DNA from: Bacteroidales bacterium
GTDB lineage: Bacteria > Bacteroidota > Bacteroidia > Bacteroidales > GCA-2711565
Direction: 5' to 3'
DNA length: 64,000 nt
Assembly: GCA_963664245.1 (NCBI GenBank)
Contig: OY760934.1
Span: 2,498,210-2,562,209, forward strand
Below, one piece after another: positions 57,905 to 64,000 of the stretch (the first letter of the stretch is position 1; each line of letters opens with the position of its first letter). Both the position numbers and the translations under genes were made by a program. The notes below the pieces were generated by a model. That model made no database searches. It saw only the letters and a list, made by a program, of their open reading frames with translations, and was not told the origin of the DNA.

Positions 57905-58759
57905 ATGTTTAAATTCTTAAATAAACCCTATCCTTTTAATGATGATTTAAGTCATAATACCAAGGTCATTTTTCTGATTAGCATAGGTGTTTTTGTTTTT
58001 ATGTTTCTATTTCAACCTTTTGAATTGAACAGCCTTGAATTAAATGTAAAAATTAAAATTATTCTGGGGGTTGTCATTGTTACGTTTGTTTCGTTAAGTG
58101 TGAGTCTTTTATTATTGCCATCTATACATCCCAAAATTTTTTTACAAGGGAAATGGAACATTAAGAAAGAAATTTTATGGAATATCTGGATTTTGTTTAC
58201 AATAATGCTTAGCTATATTGCTTATTATCATATTGTAGGAATAGATGTATTTGAGATCAGCATTGTTTCTGTGGTAAAAGTTTTGTTAATTGCATTGTTA
58301 CCCGTTTTTGTATTGATAACAATTAACCAAGATCGCTTACACCGCATCTATCTTAAAAAGGCCAAAGAAATGAACAAAAAGTTGGAAGATAAAAGATGGC
58401 TTGAAACAAGAGTAGTAACCATACTTTCTGACTATCAGAAAGACAGCTTGTCGATTAAAGTAAATAACATACTTAATATCCGCTCTGCCGGGAATTATAT
58501 TGAAGTTTTTTGGAAAGAAAAAGATGAAATCAAGAGACAGATGATCAGAACCAGTTTAACCAAAGTAGAAGAAAGTTTAAAAAATTTTGATTTTATATTC
58601 AAATGTCATCGTTCTCATCTGATCAATATAAACCACATTGAAAAAGTTGAAGGGACTCACATGAGTTATAAAGTATATTATAATAAAATGGAAGAAGATA
58701 TTCCGGTATCACGGAATTTCTCCCAAAAACTTCATCAATTAATCCGCAAAAAATTATAA
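57905..58759 (+). CDS. Membrane-anchored LytTR transcriptional regulator
   Basis: Four N-terminal TM helices; IRSAGNYIEV, FKCHRSHLIN, IPVSRN. TATATTTG box 4 nt upstream suggests a leaderless transcript. Confidence 0.9.
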   Translation: MFKFLNKPYPFNDDLSHNTKVIFLISIGVFVFMFLFQPFELNSLELNVKIKIILGVVIVTFVSLSVSLLLLPSIHPKIFLQGKWNIKKEILWNIWILFTIMLSYIAYYHIVGIDVFEISIVSVVKVLLIALLPVFVLITINQDRLHRIYLKKAKEMNKKLEDKRWLETRVVTILSDYQKDSLSIKVNNILNIRSAGNYIEVFWKEKDEIKRQMIRTSLTKVEESLKNFDFIFKCHRSHLININHIEKVEGTHMSYKVYYNKMEEDIPVSRNFSQKLHQLIRKKL

Positions 58760-58859
58760 CATTTCATCCCTGCACTCATCCCTTAAGCCCTAAAACCTTC
58801 TTCTTATAACTTTTTTTTCCGATTCCTTATTGCTTGAAATATGTTTGCTTCAAAAAATT

Positions 58860-59963
58860 ATGGAGGCAATAAACATAGGCAATTTAGAAATTAAAATACC
58901 GATCATACAAGGAGGTATGGGGGTTGGGATATCCTTATCAAGCTTGGCATCAGCCGTGGCAAATGAAGGAGGGGTGGGCACCATCTCTGCAGTAGGTATT
59001 GGAATGCTGGAGCCAGGTTACCGAAATCATTTCAGAGCTTCAAATAAAATTGCTTTGCGAAAAGAGATCCGCAAGGCGAGAAAAAAAACAAAGGGCGTTT
59101 TGGCTGTAAATATAATGCTGGCCGTAAGTGATTTTGATGATTTGTTAAAAATTGCTCTGGAAGAAGAAATCGATATTGTTTTTATAAGTGCTGGTTTGCC
59201 ACTACATAAACCCAGAGATATTTCTGAAGAAATCCTTTATCATAGTAAAACCAAATTTGTTCCAAAGGTTTCATCTGCGAAAGCGGCTCGTTTAATTTTT
59301 GAATATTGGTTTAATAAATATAATCGTGTTCCGGATGCCCTGGTTATTGAAGGCCCTGAATCGGGAGGACACCAAGGGTTCAAAATGCATGAACTGAAAA
59401 ACAAATCAGTTCATCTCGGAGAACTTATACAGCAGTCTAAAAAAATCATTGATCATTACGAACAAAAAATAGGAAAAAGTATTCCAATTATAGCTGCCGG
59501 GGGAATATATACAGGGTATGACATTTTTGAAGCCATGCAGCGGGGAGCATCGGCAGTAAAAATGGGTAGCAGGTTTGTAACAAGTTTCGAATGTGATGCT
59601 TCTCCCTTGTTTAAGAATAATTTCTTGAACAGGAAAAAAGAAGATATGGTTTTGATTAAAAGTCCGGTAGGTTTACCGGCACGGGTTATCAGAAATTCAT
59701 TTGTAGATGAAATTATTGCAGGTAAGGCAAAACCGGTAAATTGTCCTTGGAAATGTTTGAAAACATGTAATTATAAAAATGTTCAGTTTTGCATTGCAGA
59801 GGCATTGTTTAATTCAGCCCAGGGAAAACTAAAACACGGTTTTTCATTTGCCAGTACAAAAATTCATCAGGCTACAAAAATTTGTTCTATTCCAGAAATT
59901 TTCAACAAACTGATTCATGAGTATAATCAGGCTGTTGAATATAGCTCTGTTCATTTAGTTTAA
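58860..59963 (+). CDS. Nitronate monooxygenase/FabK-like FMN oxidoreductase (start revised to ATG 58860)
   Basis: PIIQGGMGVG, EGPESGGH, IAAGGI, MGSRFV, SPVGLPAR, CPWKCLKTC...FCI. TATGTTTG box at 58840. Confidence 0.9.
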   Translation: MEAINIGNLEIKIPIIQGGMGVGISLSSLASAVANEGGVGTISAVGIGMLEPGYRNHFRASNKIALRKEIRKARKKTKGVLAVNIMLAVSDFDDLLKIALEEEIDIVFISAGLPLHKPRDISEEILYHSKTKFVPKVSSAKAARLIFEYWFNKYNRVPDALVIEGPESGGHQGFKMHELKNKSVHLGELIQQSKKIIDHYEQKIGKSIPIIAAGGIYTGYDIFEAMQRGASAVKMGSRFVTSFECDASPLFKNNFLNRKKEDMVLIKSPVGLPARVIRNSFVDEIIAGKAKPVNCPWKCLKTCNYKNVQFCIAEALFNSAQGKLKHGFSFASTKIHQATKICSIPEIFNKLIHEYNQAVEYSSVHLV

Positions 59964-59981
59964 TACATAAAGCAAACAATT

Positions 59982-61484
59982 ATGAACATATTACTTTTAT
60001 ACCCCAGATATCCGGATACCTTTTGGAGTTTCAAACATGCATTGAAATTTGTTTCAAAAAAAGCCGTCAATCCTCCTTTGGGTTTGATTACTATTTCTGC
60101 TATGCTCCCGAAGAACTGGAATAAAAAACTCATCGATTTAAATATTGAGAAATTGAGAGATAAAGATTTGGATTGGGCTGATTTGGTTTTTATCAGTGCT
60201 ATGAGTATTCAAACGGCTTCCGTGTTTGAGATTATTGGAAAATGTAAATGGAAAAATAAAAAAATAATAGCCGGAGGGCCTTTATTTACAGAGGATCCCC
60301 ATCGTTTTTCGGATATTGATTATTTAGTTTTAAACGAAGCAGAACTTACATTGATTGACTTTTTGGAGGATTATCAGCACGGAAAGGCTCAACATATTTA
60401 CCAAACAGATGAGTTTGCGGATTTAAGTCTGACTCCCCTTCCCGATTATTCATTGGTTAAAATTTCTAAATATGATACGCTAAATTTGCAATATACCCGT
60501 GGATGTCCTTTTAATTGTGAATTTTGTGATATTACAGCACTCTTTGGACGAAGAGTTAGAACCAAAACCACACCACAAATCATTAATGAATTGGAGAATA
60601 TCTACAAAATCGGTTGGCGTAGGAATATTTTTTTCGTAGATGATAATTTTATTGGTAATAAAAAAGTATTGAAAGGAGAATTATTACCTGCCATTATCAA
60701 ATGGATGGGAAAAAAAGCCCATCCTTTCACTTTTACAACGGAAGCTTCAATTAATCTTGCAGATGATGATGAGTTGATAGATATGATGAGTAAAGCTGGA
60801 TTTTCAAGTGTTTTTGTTGGAATTGAAACCCCGGAAGAAGCAAGTTTAAAAGAGTGTGGAAAAATTCAAAATAAAAATAGAAACATGATTGACAGCGTAA
60901 AAAAAATTCAAAGTGGTGGATTAGAAGTTGCCGGTGGATTTATTTTGGGCTTTGATAACGATTCTTCTTCTGTTTTTCAGCGACAAATCGATTTTATTAA
61001 AGAATCCGGTATCATTTCTGCCATGGTAGGATTATTGAATGCTCCTAAAAGAACACGATTATATAAACGATTGTATTCTGAAGGACGTATCCTGAAAGAG
61101 ATTAGCGGGAACAATACCGATCTTTCTTTGAATTTTATACCCCGGATGGATAAAAACAGGTTAATTAATGGCTATAAAAGCGTAATTTCCGGTATATATG
61201 GAGGAAAAGCTTATTACAAACGTGTACATGAATTTTTAAAACGATTTAATCCAAACCGTTGCCATGGTAAAGAATTTAACTTTACTTTATTTATCGGGTT
61301 TATGAAATCAATTATAAAGCTGGGAATTTTTGATACCTATCGGTTGTATTATTGGAGATTATTTATGTGGACTTTATTTAAACGACCCCAAATATTTCCA
61401 TTAGCTATTATTTATTCGGTATACGGATACCATTTTCGTAAAGTGTTTAAAAGTTATCTTGATAGTCAAAAAGATGAACCCTAG
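59982..61484 (+). CDS. B12-binding radical SAM protein (DUF4070-type)
   Basis: YPDTFWSF, PPLGL, AGGP, RGCPFNCEFC, FFVDDNFIG, GIETP, GFILGFD. Confidence 0.92.
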   Translation: MNILLLYPRYPDTFWSFKHALKFVSKKAVNPPLGLITISAMLPKNWNKKLIDLNIEKLRDKDLDWADLVFISAMSIQTASVFEIIGKCKWKNKKIIAGGPLFTEDPHRFSDIDYLVLNEAELTLIDFLEDYQHGKAQHIYQTDEFADLSLTPLPDYSLVKISKYDTLNLQYTRGCPFNCEFCDITALFGRRVRTKTTPQIINELENIYKIGWRRNIFFVDDNFIGNKKVLKGELLPAIIKWMGKKAHPFTFTTEASINLADDDELIDMMSKAGFSSVFVGIETPEEASLKECGKIQNKNRNMIDSVKKIQSGGLEVAGGFILGFDNDSSSVFQRQIDFIKESGIISAMVGLLNAPKRTRLYKRLYSEGRILKEISGNNTDLSLNFIPRMDKNRLINGYKSVISGIYGGKAYYKRVHEFLKRFNPNRCHGKEFNFTLFIGFMKSIIKLGIFDTYRLYYWRLFMWTLFKRPQIFPLAIIYSVYGYHFRKVFKSYLDSQKDEP

Positions 61485-61489
61485 AAGGT

Positions 61490-62122
61490 TTATTTTTTTC
61501 TGATGAGGCTAAGTCCATCCCTTAGTGGCAACATTACATTTTCCACCCGCTCATCCTGTTGGATAAAATCGTTGAACTTGATAATGCCGAAGGCTTCTTT
61601 ATCGCGGGGATCGGGCTGGTTCAATACTTTCCCCGACCAAAAAACATTATCGGCCAAAATATATCCACCGGGGCGGAGCTTATCAAAAATCAGGCGGTAA
61701 TAGTTGAGGTAATTATGTTTGTCGGCATCCAGAAAAACCAGGTCAAATACCTCCTCAATTTGCGGGATAATATCTAAAGCTTTGCCTTGGTAGTAGCACA
61801 CCTGGTGTTCAATCCCGGCTTCTTTAAAATAGGTTGTGGCAATGTCTTCCAGTTCGGGGTTTTTTTCAATGGTGTGAATCACCCCTTCAGCGGGCAGACC
61901 CTTGGCCAGGCAAATCGCCGAGTAGCCGGTATAAGTACCGATTTCCAGGATTTGTTTTGGGCAGATCATGCACGAGATCATTTCCAGTAACTTTCCCTGC
62001 ACGCTTCCCGAGAGCATGCGGGGCATCAGTACCTTCAAATGCGTTTCACGGTTGAGGCGGTGCAGTACCTCCCGTTCTTTTGAGGTGTGTTCTTCAGCGT
62101 ATTTGATTAGTTTAGGATCCAT
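61490..62122 (-). CDS. Class I SAM-dependent O-methyltransferase
   Basis: LEIGTYTGYS, FLDADK, LADNVFWSG, LPLRDG. Confidence 0.93.
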   Translation of the reverse strand: MDPKLIKYAEEHTSKEREVLHRLNRETHLKVLMPRMLSGSVQGKLLEMISCMICPKQILEIGTYTGYSAICLAKGLPAEGVIHTIEKNPELEDIATTYFKEAGIEHQVCYYQGKALDIIPQIEEVFDLVFLDADKHNYLNYYRLIFDKLRPGGYILADNVFWSGKVLNQPDPRDKEAFGIIKFNDFIQQDERVENVMLPLRDGLSLIRKK

Positions 62123-63351
62123 TATTCTTCGCCATTGTAAATTAACAAACTTAATTGTTCCGGATCAAATATTTCGTTGGAAATATGCTGCAATTTGGCG
62201 GCATCAATTGCTTCGATAGCTTGGTGTATCTCGCGGATCGTGTCAATTTTGTTTAGTTGCAACAGGCTTCGCCCCATCGAAAGCATTTCGCTTACATTGC
62301 TTTCGAGCGAAATAGCCAATTGTCCGATAATTTGTTTTTTATAACGGTGCAATTGCAAAGAACCGAGTTTCTTTTTTCTTAGGAGGTTCAGCTCTTTTTT
62401 AACCAGCGAAAGCGATTTTTCGAGGAATTCCTTGTCGGTTCCCAGATACACACAAAACAGGCCGGTGTCGGAATAGGGCTGGTAGTGCGATTCGATATCG
62501 TAAGTGTAGCCGTGTTTTTCGCGAACCGCCAGGTTGAGCCTGGAGTTCATGCCCGGGCCGCCCAGAATATTGTTCAGCAGAACCAGTCCCAAACGGTCGG
62601 GGTGCTCGCGCGGGTAAGCAATATTTCCAATGCAGGCATGCGATAAGTAAGTGCGTTTGGGGATCACCCGTTTTTGCGGCGAGTAATGGATCATCTTTTG
62701 CCGCCCATTGGCACGGAGGCTGGCCGGCACTTCCCCAAAATATTTTTCGGCCAGTTTTACCAGCTTGCTAAATTTAATGTCCCCTACGGAACTAATCACC
62801 ATTTGATTGGTGTGGTAATTGTTTTTTATAAAATTTTGAATGTCGTTTTTGGTGAAGCTTTTTACCCGTTCAGGCGTTCCTAAAATATTTCTGGCAATGG
62901 GGTGACCGTCGTACATCAGTTCTTCAAAATCGTCGAAAATAAGTTCCGAAGGCGAATCTTTATACGAATTGATTTCGTCCAGCACCACGTCTTTTTCTTT
63001 GCGGATTTCCTTTTCCGGGAAAGTGGAATTGAAAGTAATATCGGCGATAAGTTCGAGGGTTCGTTCGTAATATTCATTCAAAAAAGAAGCATAAATGGCA
63101 GTTTCTTCTTTGGTGGTGAAAGCATTCAAATCGGCTCCTACATTTTCTAAACGGCTTAGCACGTGAAAGGCCTTGCGCTTTTTGGTTCCTTTAAAAATTA
63201 CATGCTCGATAAAGTGGGCAATGCCGTTTTCCTCTTCCTTCTCGTCGCGGCTACCAGTATTGATGGTGATGCCGCAATGCGCTACTTCCCCTGTGTTGTA
63301 CGAGTGAACCAAACGAATCCCGTTTGCCAGGGTGTGAAATTGATATTCCAT
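62122..63351 (-). CDS. M16 family zinc peptidase (cytoplasmic)
   Basis: GIAHFIEHVIFKGT, NAFTTKEET, SRLNLAVREKHG. Confidence 0.93.
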   Translation of the reverse strand: MEYQFHTLANGIRLVHSYNTGEVAHCGITINTGSRDEKEEENGIAHFIEHVIFKGTKKRKAFHVLSRLENVGADLNAFTTKEETAIYASFLNEYYERTLELIADITFNSTFPEKEIRKEKDVVLDEINSYKDSPSELIFDDFEELMYDGHPIARNILGTPERVKSFTKNDIQNFIKNNYHTNQMVISSVGDIKFSKLVKLAEKYFGEVPASLRANGRQKMIHYSPQKRVIPKRTYLSHACIGNIAYPREHPDRLGLVLLNNILGGPGMNSRLNLAVREKHGYTYDIESHYQPYSDTGLFCVYLGTDKEFLEKSLSLVKKELNLLRKKKLGSLQLHRYKKQIIGQLAISLESNVSEMLSMGRSLLQLNKIDTIREIHQAIEAIDAAKLQHISNEIFDPEQLSLLIYNGEE

Positions 63352-63439
63352 TTTTTAAATGCCAGACAAAATTTATTTACATTGCAGAATGTCTGCAAAA
63401 ATAATATTTTCAGGGATATGAAGGCTTATTTCGGCAGGC

Positions 63440-63967
63440 TCAATGACCGATTGGATAAATCCAGAACAAGGGTTGTTTGCCTAAGAGGTTTCCGTCCGGG
63501 TCGTATTTGTCCATGATGGGGGCAATGGCGATCACTTTTTTTTCGAACACAAATCGGGTGGTGTCCATCTTCCAGCTTTCCAGGAAACGGATTTTGTTGA
63601 TGTCCTCAAACCTGAATTTCTTGATAATAAGCGTATCAAATTCTTCGTAAGGCGGATAGGTGCGGGTTAAGGTGGTGTACAGGGTATCCACCCCGATTTT
63701 TTTCAGATCTTCCAGACTTAGTTCTTTGTGAAAATAATCGTAGGCTTTAATTTTTCCTTCGTATGCCGATTGAATCAGGTTCTTTACAAACCCAAGGCGT
63801 TGCTGGTGGTTGATGTTTTCTATCCACGGGTCGAAGTCCGGACGATCGTTTTTGATGTTTACGTCGTACTGGATTTTTTGGGTGATAACAACTTGTTTGT
63901 TTTGATTGCCGCAGGAAGTAATCAGTAAAATAAGAACGGAAAAAAGAAGATTTGCAATGGTTTTCAT
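63440..63967 (-). CDS. Lipoprotein with GldN/PorN-like C-terminal motif
   Basis: Lipobox ITSC; IRFLESW...KKVIAIAP...QPLFWIY resembles the GldN C-terminus. Confidence 0.55.
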   Translation of the reverse strand: MKTIANLLFSVLILLITSCGNQNKQVVITQKIQYDVNIKNDRPDFDPWIENINHQQRLGFVKNLIQSAYEGKIKAYDYFHKELSLEDLKKIGVDTLYTTLTRTYPPYEEFDTLIIKKFRFEDINKIRFLESWKMDTTRFVFEKKVIAIAPIMDKYDPDGNLLGKQPLFWIYPIGH

Positions 63968-64000
63968 AAGGCTGAAATTTGACCTAAAAATACCAAAAAA

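Overview
The window looks like chromosome from an anaerobic Bacteroidota (probably Bacteroidales-like). Support: TAnnTTTG -7 promoter boxes, a SusC/SusD pair, a FecR/ECF pair, and GldA/GldFG- and GldN-like genes. The backbone is housekeeping and proteolytic (panC, panB, gdhA, tricorn S41, two M16 peptidases, obgE, hpt, purE). Five accessory regions stand out. (1) A complete aprBA + qmoABC set (dissimilatory-type APS reductase with its membrane electron conduit), unusual for this lineage; sat and dsr are not in the window. (2) An AT-rich four-gene insert that splits aprA from qmoA. It encodes a protein with two RNA-polymerase alpha-CTD-like repeats, a sigma region-4 HTH and delta/HARE-HTH-like domains, plus a GHKL ATPase, and is a candidate undescribed anti-phage system. 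(3) An Nfn-like transhydrogenase whose large subunit is fused to an 8-Cys/His domain that also occurs twice in the upstream gene. Next to it are a GAF-REC-PEP-synthase-like protein and a response regulator lacking the phosphoacceptor Asp. (4) A duplicated non-coding frame (REP cluster ... hairpin/promoter) holding different cargo genes on either side of the apr-qmo block; the hairpin/promoter leader occurs three times. (5) An ECF-FecR-SusCD-ABC locus, and a CorA-like two-gene cassette flanked by a duplicated terminator. No rRNA, tRNA or CRISPR array was seen. All calls come from motif recognition by eye; no searches were run.
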